Assembly: GCA_951406725.2 (NCBI GenBank)
Contig: OX597814.1
Coordinates: 145,762,001-145,826,000, forward strand
Reading direction: 5' to 3'
DNA: 64,000 nt
Source of the DNA: Octopus vulgaris
Taxonomy: Eukaryota
Shown piece by piece: positions 43,878 through 56,267 of the stretch (its first letter is position 1; every line of letters begins with the position of its first letter). The notes under the pieces are model-generated. The model searched no databases. It saw only the letters and a list, made by a program, of their open reading frames with translations, and was not told the origin of the DNA. Position numbers and translations under genes: made by a program.

Positions 43878-46565
43878 CTATTTAAAAGCCAGATAAGTGT
43901 AGCGCCGCCAATGGGGGCATCGAAAAGCCGACTGTAAAAGCCCGTTTACCATCCGGCTTCTGGCAAACAAAATATGGAAGAGTTCGGAGACACAAAGGTT
44001 GCACTGCCTTCTGCCCCTATCAAATGGGAGGGCCACCGACAAAATTGACCATTCCAGCCTGTAGCTTAAGTTCGTATCATTCAGTCGCCATATTAGTTTA
44101 CTGAGTCCCGTGGTCTGGCGCTTGTTCATGTCCCGAAAAGTTGCGTAATGGTTGGAGACACGCAAAGACAATCTTGAGGATGAGGCCCCTACATAAGTGA
44201 AGACATCTGAGTCCGTGTAAACCTTGCATTGGTAGACGGCGTTTTTGATCTTGGAGTTCGCCGACGTGAATCTTATTCTGCTAGGATTAGTTTCTGAAAT
44301 TAGAACTGCGTTCCTGTCACTATATTCGTTCCGAGACCTGCAGCCGCTTACTACTCTATTTTCCACTACGTCACTATTAACTATAGGAATAACCCCTGAT
44401 TCTCCACTATCTATCAGAGTGCTGTCATTGCTACTGCCCGTGGTGCTGCTATTGCGGGAAATGATGCTGGGGATGCTATTGGGGCTCTCTACCCTACTCC
44501 CATTGTTACCTTCAACCACAACACCCCTATTTATAACTATACCCCTAGTGGGTACTCCCTGGCTGGAGCTGAGATTATGTGTCACTGTACTGGCTCTCAT
44601 ATCATTATTACTACTATAACTATTCTTACTGAGCATTAAACCGGGAGCGGAAGAGGCTGTGCCTCCGGAAAAAGGTGATAAGGTCTTAGTAAGTAGCCTA
44701 TTATTATGGGAGGCGATTATCTGGGCGAGGTTTTTAGTGTTGGAGAAAGCTATCCTAACTTTATGCGAGTTAACCGTGGAGTAATATTTGGAATTTCTGG
44801 GGAAGTTATTGGCGATGGCTTGTCTAAACATGAGGGGGAGGTTAGTTCTAATCTGCTTACCAAAGGGGATTACAAACCATATATGCTTATTCCTATCAGT
44901 GTGATGGGTCGGGACGCCAGCTCTCGCGTTCGGGTGGGTGATTCTCGGATGAACAACGGGTCTTGGGTTAGTGTAAGACCTCCCGGACCGATAATTATCC
45001 TTGTTCGATAAATTAAATGCGGGAGCGACTACCCCGGCATCCGCCGCGCTCCCGTCCTTACTTAAAATGTTAATGTTATTATATACGGCCCTATCCTGAT
45101 GACCGAATGATGGCATCGGAAGGGCCGGATCAATATAAATTACCTTCTGCCTATAACCGGCCTTGGATAGTGCGGCGTTATAAAATTCCGCTTTCTGCTT
45201 AAAAATATCGGCACTGGCGGACAAGCCAGACAATCTTAGAGAGATGTTTTTAACCAAATTGTCTGTTGCGGTTTTGGCATGATTTGAGAAGACACTGACA
45301 TACTTCAAATTAGTGGAAGGTTTATGGTAAGGGCAGTACGAGTCGCTATTAAGGTTAAGTGTAACGTCTAGGAAGTTAGCCTTGGTGAGTTCATTATCAA
45401 AAACTATACTCATGCCCATTCTATTAAAAAACCTAGCTAACCTGCTCTTAGTTTTCTGCACTATTCTGTTCGTGGTGTTTTGCAGGTAAAACAGACAATC
45501 GTCACGATACAGGCCGCCCGCGATCTCCGGGAATTGGTCGGACAATTCGTAGAGAATATATATTCCGACCAAATCGGCTATCTGCGCACTATCCGAACTA
45601 CCCATAGGCACATCAAATTCATTGGGAGTATCTTTACGGATCCACAACTTATTATCAAACTTAATAAACGATTTCCTGGCAACTAAAATGATATCTATCT
45701 CTTCTCTGGTGAGGCCAGCCTTGTTGTGAGCATGCCAGAGGGCCTTATTTAGCACACTAGGGTTAATCGAGGGGTAGAAGCTGGCGATATCAAACTGAAT
45801 GAACCTAGTACGGTTCTTATTGGGGATGGAAGAGAACCACTTCACTACCTGCGAGGAGTTGGCCCAGAGGCTGAGCTTCAGCTTGTTTACTAAACTAGGG
45901 ATATATTTATCTAAAATGTACTTACTGATTATCCCGATATCAGATCTAGCAGGGCATATGAGTCTTAGCGCTGGGTTGGTGTGGAAGTTCGGTTTATGGT
46001 CCTTCACTATAAATCTGGGTTGCTTAGGGCTAAGCGGCTGAGTTCTCATTTGAATTCGGTGTTTAAATATTATTTCCTTAATTTCCAAGTTTACCTTCCT
46101 CAGGGTACTCCAATTGGTTTTTCTATAATTTTTCTTGATCTCTTTACCGAGTAAATCTAGGTACTGCTTAATGGGCATCTTGTATGTGTTCCTGGTCTTG
46201 TCGGACTGGACCAGGACTCCGTCCGTTCTATTAATGTCCTTGGTAATTTTATCTAGGTATCTGAGGTGGGCATTTCTCCTGGGTGACTTCCTGAACTTAA
46301 TCTTTCTAACTATGTCCCACAAGTCGTCCTCAAACTTCTTCAGTCTTGGGTTAGGTGGCGGCGTATCCAATGTTTTAAAAAGCCGGCCGTATTCGGACGA
46401 TGCTGTTGTCCGGTTCGATTTTAGATCTTCGTTCTCGTGGAAGAAAATGAGCCATCTTATCCTGTTTATGAATGCGTTGGTTTTACAAACCAACTCCTTA
46501 AGGAAGGCATCCTTCGGTGGTATAGGAATATCCTTAAGGGACGCATCAATCTCGAACAACTCCAT
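43878..46565 (-). CDS. PLE polyprotein: reverse transcriptase plus C-terminal GIY-YIG endonuclease (895 aa)
   Basis: SDKT, KDHK..F..NP..RLI, FDIASFYPSI, FDVPMGS, GLYRDD, NFLDVTL, PYHKP; EN AVY-x12-YVG, R..NH, CNLC..E, VN, CPH. Confidence 0.95.
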   Translation of the reverse strand: MELFEIDASLKDIPIPPKDAFLKELVCKTNAFINRIRWLIFFHENEDLKSNRTTASSEYGRLFKTLDTPPPNPRLKKFEDDLWDIVRKIKFRKSPRRNAHLRYLDKITKDINRTDGVLVQSDKTRNTYKMPIKQYLDLLGKEIKKNYRKTNWSTLRKVNLEIKEIIFKHRIQMRTQPLSPKQPRFIVKDHKPNFHTNPALRLICPARSDIGIISKYILDKYIPSLVNKLKLSLWANSSQVVKWFSSIPNKNRTRFIQFDIASFYPSINPSVLNKALWHAHNKAGLTREEIDIILVARKSFIKFDNKLWIRKDTPNEFDVPMGSSDSAQIADLVGIYILYELSDQFPEIAGGLYRDDCLFYLQNTTNRIVQKTKSRLARFFNRMGMSIVFDNELTKANFLDVTLNLNSDSYCPYHKPSTNLKYVSVFSNHAKTATDNLVKNISLRLSGLSASADIFKQKAEFYNAALSKAGYRQKVIYIDPALPMPSFGHQDRAVYNNINILSKDGSAADAGVVAPAFNLSNKDNYRSGRSYTNPRPVVHPRITHPNARAGVPTHHTDRNKHIWFVIPFGKQIRTNLPLMFRQAIANNFPRNSKYYSTVNSHKVRIAFSNTKNLAQIIASHNNRLLTKTLSPFSGGTASSAPGLMLSKNSYSSNNDMRASTVTHNLSSSQGVPTRGIVINRGVVVEGNNGSRVESPNSIPSIISRNSSTTGSSNDSTLIDSGESGVIPIVNSDVVENRVVSGCRSRNEYSDRNAVLISETNPSRIRFTSANSKIKNAVYQCKVYTDSDVFTYVGASSSRLSLRVSNHYATFRDMNKRQTTGLSKLIWRLNDTNLSYRLEWSILSVALPFDRGRRQCNLCVSELFHILFARSRMVNGLLQSAFRCPHWRRYTYLAFK

Positions 46566-46613
46566 TATTGGTATCGGTTAAAGTAGCAGTTTCTTGACGA
46601 AGCGGTATGTATT

Positions 46614-46765
46614 ATGTGAAATAGAAAGATGAATAATCTTGTAGTAGATTAATCAAAAGTTTAACCGATACCTTAGTAGCAAAAATCACAGCAGTAAACA
46701 GCACGGTTGGAGGTACAACCATATGGTGTTGCAACCGTGCGTTGGTGCGGATAATTGAAATTAAA
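46614..46765 (+). repeat. Direct repeat of 42991-43142 (pLTR segment A)
   Basis: One mismatch seen (taatGaaaag vs taatCaaaag); offset 3623 bp. Confidence 0.97.
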
Positions 46766-46767
46766 GC

Positions 46768-47153
46768 ATTTTTCTCGCCCCTTATAAAACATCCAATATT
46801 CCTTAAATAGTCAGAACTTTATTCTCGGTCACAAAGAACACCTACACACCCTCACCCACATGATTGACCGATGCCTGACCCGTTAAATTCTTCAGCCACC
46901 GGTTCTCAACATACACTGATAAACAGTTTCGCCATGGGCTCTTAGGAGCATAGTTCGATTTGTTTTTGCTCCGCCTCTGTTCTGTTTTTGTTTTTCCAAC
47001 GGATTTCCTATTTTCTTCCTGAAGAGAAAGACACAATATGGTCCCATTATTCATTCGGATTTTGGTAATTTGTGCCTTTCGAAACACGTGTAGAATGAAA
47101 TAAAACGATTTCTGTTCAATCTGCGTTCAGCTCCATTTCTTCAATTCACCAAT

Positions 47154-47162
<9 letters not shown>
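46768..47162 (-). repeat. Inverted copy of 43139-43534 (pLTR segment B)
   Basis: The 81-aa track ORFs 43214-43459(+) and 46842-47087(-) differ by one residue. Confidence 0.97.
47009..47102 (+). ncRNA. Type I hammerhead ribozyme in the inverted 5' pseudo-LTR
   Basis: tattttcttc-CTGAAGA-gaaagacacaa...ttgtgcctttc-GAAA-cacgtg-TA-gaatgaaata. Confidence 0.87.
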
Positions 47163-47192
<30 letters not shown>

Positions 47193-47598
47193 TATAAAAG
47201 GGACGTGCCGCCTAGGTAAATAAGGTAGGCAGTACCTACCTTGAAAAAAGTAGATCGATAGCAACATTTTAATCTCATGGCAAAATATGCGCCTAATTCA
47301 ATAAAATTAAGATGGTTAGTCTGACTACTATGCATAAAATGTAAAATGTTTTACTTTTTTGTAGATTAGGTAGGTACAATTCGCCCCTGTTTTTCAAACT
47401 CAGTATTTAAGATACGCATTGTACTACTGTAATACAGGTGCTGCGTACATTTCTACAACACTGTTTTCTTTACGTGCTATAAAGGCAGAGATATATCTGC
47501 CTTCAAATCAGTCGCGCGCCTGTGTTTCGATTATTTAATGTGTGTTTTACTACATAAAGCTCGCCAACCGCCTATCCTGAGTAATTACTGACGGATCG

Positions 47599-47630
<32 letters not shown>

Positions 47631-48275
47631 CACACACACACATTATATATATTTCTCTTCCTCTCTGTATTTTTGTAACTCACTGCGTACACACACACAC
47701 TTACGCACGCAACCACACATGCACGGAGGCGCATACACACACGCACACACATGTATGTAGTGTCTGTGTCTTTTTGTGTGCTTATTAGCATAATTTTGCA
47801 CACACGAGGGCGTGAGGAATGTAATAAATGGGCGTAGTGTGATTAATTTAGTAAAAACTTTGATTTGTTTCCTGATTAGGTAGGAATATGTTAATGATTG
47901 TTTTGTTATAATCTCAGCTTATATTGAAATGATGATTAAATATTATTTTGTAATTATGTATTATCTATACAATTATTCAGCCAATTTTTCTATTACACTT
48001 AAAACTTACATTCTTTTCTTTTAAATTACCGCATCTTCCAATTAAAGTTCAATTTTTTTTCTGCTCGACAAGATTTATTCTCTTGTTTATTGGAATACAG
48101 TGTTGTGCATTTCACATCACACGGAGGATCACAGCTGTATTCTTAATTATATATTTAATTTATGGATTTTCACAGCAAAATGAATCCACACTCATTACCC
48201 CACATTTCCATATCAGTGTGTTTAGATAAGCATGCATAAGTGTATTCATGTATGTACATATAATTGTTATATGCA

Positions 48276-48319
<44 letters not shown>

Positions 48320-48838
48320 CTTACTATGTGTGTAAGTATTACGTAATTTTATTCAAGTTTCCTTCGTTATTTCGAAACCAATTTTGTTCGATATCTTAAT
48401 TATTTCAAGAAGGATTTGGTTCGTCAAAGTTTCATTAATTTTCAGAATTTTGTTGTTTTATGCAAAATATTTATTTAATATTAGCTGAAATGAAAAGACC
48501 TCTTTTTATCTACATTTTGCAAAGTGATTATGTACGCAGAATAGCTATTTTTTGTTCCATTTTTTAATTAATCTTATACTTTTCCTTTTCCTTGTAGGCG
48601 TAGGACATTGGGAAAAATATTTCATGAATTGAATCTACCTACTTATTTCCATTTTTTGTCACAATTATTAATATATTTTGAAAATACATGAAATATTACA
48701 ATACCCTCAGTTTTGAAATTAAGAGAGATGCATAATATTTTGCTGAAACCACATTAGAATAAATTTGAAACCGTCGTTTTTTAATTCATCACATCACACG
48801 GATGTATGAGATGTATATGACTTTCGTACAATAGCAAG

Positions 48839-48876
<38 letters not shown>

Positions 48877-48895
48877 ATATATATATCTATATCTA

Positions 48896-48978
<83 letters not shown>

Positions 48979-51900
48979 ATATGTATGTATGTATATATAT
49001 ATACATATATATATATGTGTGTATATATACATGTACAAATGTAAGTTTGTGTGTGCGCATGTGCACAGACACGCAGGTACACGCACACACACATACACAC
49101 GCGCGCGCACTCAAACACACACACACACATAATGTAAGAGAGACTGATATGCAATATTTAAACATTACATCTCCATGATGAATTTAGCAGCGTTATCTCT
49201 TGTTAATGGCAACTCATCTGGTACACACTGCAGAAATATAAATCTAGGAAATGTACGTACATTGCATGATTTTATTCTTATAGTTATTTCAAACAAAGAG
49301 TATAGCTCTCTTATATCGCTGCAATTAGCTTAATAAATTTCTCATTTGCAATACGTTTTTCTCACTGTATGATATTTCGATAATGTAGTATCAAATTTAA
49401 ATGTGCGGTATCATCTTGATAAATGTATTTCTCATCTTATATTGTACATACTTGATGACCAAATTGTTTACTGTTCTGAAATACAGACGCAAGTTGTTGT
49501 CTTAAAAGTAACATAAACTTCGATGTCATTCTTGTATTAGAATGGACGATTTCTCTACTCATCAATCTGTTTACATGGTGTGTTAAATTTTAAAAGAATA
49601 TATATACCTACTTCTCGTAATTTAATGAAATTTTCATTTTGTGTGACATATTCAAGTAACTATTCTACTTATCCCATCATTTTGTTGGATAAAAATTAAT
49701 ATTTTATTTTTCTCTCGACTAATATTTTACCAGTTATACCCATCCCTGTATATACAGGATGGCTGCTACTTTCAGAAAGTAGCGTCAGTAACATGGTGAT
49801 TTAATTTAGATCCGCCTGAAATACAAAGCTGGAAAACCGGATCTCAAGTGTTTACCAGAAACGCTCTAAACACCCATCTAATATATAAATATACCTTATA
49901 CGAATTTGACCTTTTACTGAGTTTGAAAAATGAAAATATTTTGACATTTGATAAGGCCAACGTTTGACTTACGCTCTATGTTAATTGATACCGTTAATAT
50001 GTTCAATTCCAGATTGAAAAGAAATCTTAATGCAAGTTCAAATGCTGATAAGTATGAAAATGATTTGTCTCCTTTTACTATATATGCCACTTATAATTTA
50101 GGAATCAACCAAATTGTGCATTGTCATAGAAATGGAGCATTGATAAGGACATGTGTACTATGCAATCGCTCGTAGACTGATAAACGGCAAAGCTGTATAT
50201 AACAAAATATGTTTTAAGCTACTCCTTCCTACTTCAGAAATAGATGATGTAAGTACTGAAGAGAATACATTGTATCTTCTCTTCCCTTCCACAATGAGAT
50301 ATATTATAAAGTAACATATCAGTATCATACATCTAGTGACAATCGTAGTAGAAGAAGACGTAAACTATGAAACCGAAATCGGAAGGATATCTCCATCGCA
50401 CAGCCCGAAGATCTATTCTCTCCAGATTACAGCCAGTATTGGTGTTTCTTTTAAACACTATCTCTACAAATTTGCAACATCCGTTTCTCCACATGTTTCA
50501 ATTAAGTTGGCTATCTTGTTCTGCCTCTAGGAAACCTCTACACTTTGCATTCACTCTTTGTTACATACACAAGGTAAATATTCAAAGAAAAAAATCCGTT
50601 TATTTCACAGATTTCTTTGCGTTGTCGTCAAATAATCGCCGCAGTGTATACACTGCACTCGCTAAAACCTTAAGCCTTTTTGTCTTTCTCTGTTTTTCTA
50701 TCTGTCTCTTTACTCTTTCTTGGCATGGGTTTATCCCACTCTTCCGTTAAACGCTACAGAGTATTGTACTCTTGAGATGAACCTTACTAAGACAACCCAC
50801 GTTTCTAACATGTTAAAGTTGATGGAGAAATTTCACTTTGTCTAACGCTCGTTCTCATTTGTCCTTCCTTGTTTCCTTCTAATATTCCCTCTCATCTTAT
50901 GAATTCCTTGTTACATGTAAGGCAAAGCATTCCTCCCTATAATGTTGGCCCTCTTGGTTCATTTCTTTTCTCTGTAGCATTCAGATTAGAATTGTTCAAG
51001 AAGAAAAGGAAAGCCATACAAAAGCCTGAAAAGGCCTTCGGCCTTAAAGCCCGAAAGACAGTCTAATTGGGAAATGTTAGATTAAAAAAATTATTTTATG
51101 TTATAACATATTGATATTAGACATAAATTTCACAGTTAATATTAACCTTTTCTAAAACTTCAGGACATTTTGATAGCCAAATAGACTCCGAGTAAAAGTA
51201 ACTTGATTTTTCACTGAAAATGCTTGTGTTGCACTTTTCTTCAGAGGCTACACCAATTCACATAGTATTAAACGCATTCAATATAAGACAACGATAAGAA
51301 ACTTGTTCTTGATGGACATATCCTATTTTAATGAATTTTGTGGAAGAATTCTAAGCCACAGTCAAGATGATTTCATGATCCAGTTTGAATGTTAGTTGCA
51401 GCAACATGTTTTCCCATACAAGAATTATGCACTTCCGAAAATTAGGAGACGTCATCGCTCATATTTTCAGTTTGTATAGAATATCTTTAGTCCCATGCCT
51501 ATTCGATATTATTAGAAACATTCTTTTGTATGAATTCCTAAATTTTGACTATGATATAAGAAATTTGCAGAAAGTATATGTTATTGAGAATTATGTATTT
51601 TTTTGAACGTAAGCATTTCTGTGAACGACTTCATTGTAACGCGAAGCAAAACACATGTAGCAACATTGTGTGACCTCGTCACATTAGTTTCACGTCCAGA
51701 TCGAACTCGGATTTCATTCTTCTGCTATTGGAAAAATGTATGCCAGGCCATTATTGGACTAGAAGTAAATTGTTATTCCCACTTACAGAATGTATGCACT
51801 TGTAAGAAGGATTCAAATATCAGTTTATATGCCCTGAGAAGGGGCATGTTATATAATTCCTGTCAGAATATTTGATTTTCATGTCCCACATCCTCTAGGA

Positions 51901-52384
51901 AGCATGTTTTAGCTATATCAATTATCTTGGCATTTGATCGATTCACTATCTTTTCTGGTCATTTTTCTAAATCTATTATATTCTTAAAGAAGCTCATATA
52001 AAACATGTAACCATACCTCTTGTAATAGCGCACACATAGCCAATTCTACGTCGGAATAGATCATTACTATATTTTGCGAATTCTAGTTTTATCTAAGAAA
52101 AGTTTAGCGAGATACATCGTGAAGTTAGATTTTGTGTGTTGTCTGTATTTTCCGTTCAGAGTAAAACTGATTTAAGATCATACTTTGTCTCTTTCTTTAT
52201 GTTGGTTTCTCTGTTTATATAGCAGTTTCTGTTTGATTGTATGTCTGCCGCATTTTTGACCTCGCTTGGATTGTCATGTGAGAACATTTATGTTTTCTCT
52301 TCGTGTACAGAATTCCAGCAGCTGCTTAAGTGTAGCTTTTGCCTTCTATTTGCTGTTCGCAACAGCAGCAACAGCAACAACATC

Positions 52385-52385
52385 T

Positions 52386-52428
<43 letters not shown>

Positions 52429-52474
52429 CACCACCACTATCACTACCACTACCACCACTACCACCACCATCACC

Positions 52475-52555
<81 letters not shown>

Positions 52556-52585
52556 GCCACTACTGCTACTACTATTACTACTACT
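52385..52585. repeat. (ACT)n/(ACC)n trinucleotide microsatellite
   Basis: Directly visible. Confidence 0.97.
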
Positions 52586-52782
52586 GCTCCTAAGTATAGT
52601 TTTAAGTATGATACATAGATGACTATTGTAATTTAAGCTTTTAGTCCCATACACTGATATCAACACACACATACACATAAATTCACAAATATATATGTGC
52701 GTATATACATCTATATACATGTTCATATATACATACATATATATGTATGCGTGTGTGAGTGTGTGTGATCACGAATGTATGT

Positions 52783-53345
52783 ACGAGTGCTGTTCGTTAA
52801 AGATTTCCCTTGACCCGCTTCCCAAGGACAGGGATAAACGAAATTTCGCATAATTATTAGTCCTTCTCTACATAGTCACCACTAATGGTGACACACGTCT
52901 TCCATCGTTTATGCAGCTGGGAAGACCTATTCTGTAGAATCGGTACTTTGCATCTGGAGCCAAGACTTTACATCCGAAAGGGGCTTCCCCCTCAAAAAAA
53001 AAAAAGCTTCATGGTTGGAAAGAGGAGGAAGTCAGATGGTGCAAGGTCGGGAGAGAAAGGGGGATGAGGAAGGATTTCATAACTGCAGGAGTGTGTTTTA
53101 ATGTGAGTAAAATGCGCATTGTGAACTGGGGCGTTGTCAGAGAAGCAAAATATGTCCTGTTAATTGTGGTGTCCTTTGCCAGAAAATTCATCATTACTAC
53201 ACCACGCTTGTCCCAAAAGATTGTGAGCATCACCTTGCCTCCTGCGGGTTGGACACGAGCCTTCTTTGAAGGTGGTGAGTTATCAAGTTTCCGTTGCTTC
53301 AACTGGACTTTAGTGTCAGGATCATAGATACTACTCAACTTTCAT
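52783..53345 (-). mobile_element. mariner transposase remnant
   Basis: YDPDTK.Q, KKARVQPAGGKVMLTIFWDKRGVV...TIN..Y; further fragment DNAP.H..PDLAPSD; TA-cgag TIR-like end at 52781. Confidence 0.8.
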
Positions 53346-53785
53346 GAGACGATTTAAATCTGAATCCCCTTAGCAATAACCTAAGTAATTTTTGTTGCAG
53401 AACTGAGCATACTAGCCTTATAACAATATATCGGCAATACAAATATAAATTTTTAGAAAGACAGTAAGCAATGTAATGTTACTCCCATCAGCCCTCATAA
53501 AAATTTCTATTATTTGCATAGCTGCAACCGCTCTTATATAAATCCATCCAATTATCTCATAGCTAAATAAAGAACTGAATACATAATTTGCGTAAATATC
53601 ACTTATTTCCTGATGGAAACACTCTCTGAAAATGAATCTTGAGATTCATTTCTTATTTGGACTTATGAACCCCAGAAACCTTCGTTGGAATACTATATTT
53701 TCTTCTAAAAAGTAGCCTCAAACTCCATACTGTACGTATACATATGTGTGTGTGTGTGTGTGTGTGTTTGTATATGTGTATACAC

Positions 53786-53823
<38 letters not shown>

Positions 53824-53976
53824 ACACACACACACACACATCGAAGATGTATGACAAAAGATTTCCGGACAATGGAGATGAGTTAAAACAATAAAATAGA
53901 AACGCTAATAAACGAGTGAAGAAAAATATATATAGTGCATGTGTGTGTGTGGCAAAAGATGGCTAACTCGTAATAT

Positions 53977-54023
<47 letters not shown>

Positions 54024-56267
54024 GAACATAAGCGTCGACGTACCCCTTTTTGATCATATACGTAAGTATATATTCTTTAACACATGGTACGACTCTACAA
54101 CACTGTCTCTCTCCCCCCTCTCCTACATTTCTCTGCCTTTCACACTTTGCACTCCACTTGATCTGTCTCTTTCTCTCTCTTTCTTCTCCTCCTCCTTTGT
54201 TCCGTGTTCCCCTTCTTTCTTTCTTCATCTGTCCCTCTTTTTTCCCTCACGTGACTAGCCACCGACTGCTGGCCTTTCGCGTCCAGACTGCTGGCCTTTC
54301 GCGTCCAGCAGCCGTTGTGGCAAGACACACTTGTTTGTCTCTCTGTAGCCTTAAGGCTCTCTTCTAACGCCAGCTCAAAACTTTACTCGTCCTGTCGAAA
54401 AGACGCTTGTTTGTGACGTCCTGTTTTTGTTGTTATTATTATCATTATTGTTTTTACGTATTTTTGTATTCTTATTCGTGCTATCATTATTGTTTTTACG
54501 TATTTTTGTTTTTTTTATTCGTGTAACATCGTCCGTTTTCCGTCCTTGTTTTGTATACATTCGAGGCTTTCTTCCAAGGAATCCAATGCGCTTGGCTTAG
54601 ATTTTCCTTTGGGGCTGGACAGGTCGGAGCAATCTCAAGATTAATCAGCCGAAATTGCGAAGATGATCCGGTTCTTGACTGAAGATTGAAGGCTTCGAAT
54701 GTCCCGTCCGTGTTTTTTTTTTTCGTCTTCTAAATGTTTCACGTTCTTGTCCCAGTTTGTATTTTTTAACTTTTACACATATATATATATATATATATAT
54801 GGGGGGGGGGGGGGTCAAGCATTCTAAGTTACATCTCAATGATGCTATGGTGTGCAACATTGATGATATCTCTTGGGTTTTAGGGATAAGGGGGTCGATT
54901 CTGTCAATACGATTCTAAATGCGCATGTCTGTATTTCTGTTAATGAATTTTCAACAATCGTAAACAAAGAAGCTTCGATTAAAGCGCTCTCTTTATCAAA
55001 TAATATCACTATGCTTATAGCTAGTAATAACCAATATTGTTGCAATGTATCGGTGGATGAATGAAGAGACTTGGAAAGAAATTCCTAGAACACCTCTCTC
55101 CATCTGATATCCTGTCATAGGTATTGAGGCAAACTTTATAGGTCTGATATCACACTATGACTGTGGCTGTTCGATAACTCTACTTGAACACAATATCATA
55201 GAACATAACGACTCATGACAGAGTGTCAGACATGGTTATTTTGTCAGAAATAAAAGGCTACCATTTCTGGGAAGTTTTGGTATTTTTAATCCCGGAACTT
55301 GAAGCAAAAAACGAATGAAATATGGTTAAACCATAGTAGGAAAACCGATACCAGAGTCTGAGAAATTAAAATAGATGTTGGGATCCATGGAGCATGATAC
55401 GGTCTTGAAGATGCGAAGCATTGGGAAATCGTTAGATTACTACAATTCAGGGAAAATATTTTCTCAGATACAGAAAGTTAAATATGTACAGGGATAATGA
55501 TGGAATGATTCTCCAGAATATCGACGATTACTGGACTATAGTTCCATTCAAAATATCGATATCATAAAAGTTACCAACACAGTAGATCACTGAGAAAAGA
55601 TATATGCCAAAATATGTGAAATACATCGGGTAAAATGAAACATGCTATAGTCATCTGGGAGTGAAAAATAGGAATTAATCTCAGAGCTAGAAAACAATTA
55701 AAGTTGGCAATGGGAATTTAAAAGAAAATGTCTATAACGGACAAATGTGATATCCGTACATACAACATCTGGGCTATGAATTAAGTATGAAGTGTAATTA
55801 AATACTTCAGTTGTAATATAGAGAAAAGGTTTTTGACAAAAACAGAAAAAATATATCCGTGTAATTAGGAAAACAGAAGTTTAGATGTTTACAAGCCATT
55901 AATGCACTAAAAATATAGAGTTTAACTTCTTGTATTTACATATAAAAATCTGTTCACTCATAAAAAATGTGTATTTCTATTCAGACATTAATAGAAAATT
56001 AACTCAAGCAAGGACATGCATGGGTATACACAAATACACAAAGCATGTAATCATAAGCATACATATATACCCATGTATTTGTATACATATACGCATACAT
56101 AGATATATACATATATTCATTCACCTCTAATTGTTATCTAACCAAAAGATAATTGGTTCTGAATAAAAGATTCGGAGTTCCATATTAAGAAGAAACGAAA
56201 AAATTCACCACAAGATATCTATACAAATCTGCATTCTTATTATATATATATATATATATAATATGCA

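Larger units (their letters stand above)
42991..47162 (-). mobile_element. Full-length, apparently intact Penelope-like retroelement with pseudo-LTRs and 5' inversion, inserted in (TA)n
   Basis: Uninterrupted RT-EN ORF; 152-bp direct repeat (42991-43142 = 46614-46765); ~395-bp inverted repeat (43139-43534 vs 46768-47162); (TA)n on both flanks. Confidence 0.95.

Noticed and set aside
44245-46581. Several plus-strand ORFs (124, 101, 148 aa) opposite the PLE ORF
   Set aside because: Antisense shadows with no motifs
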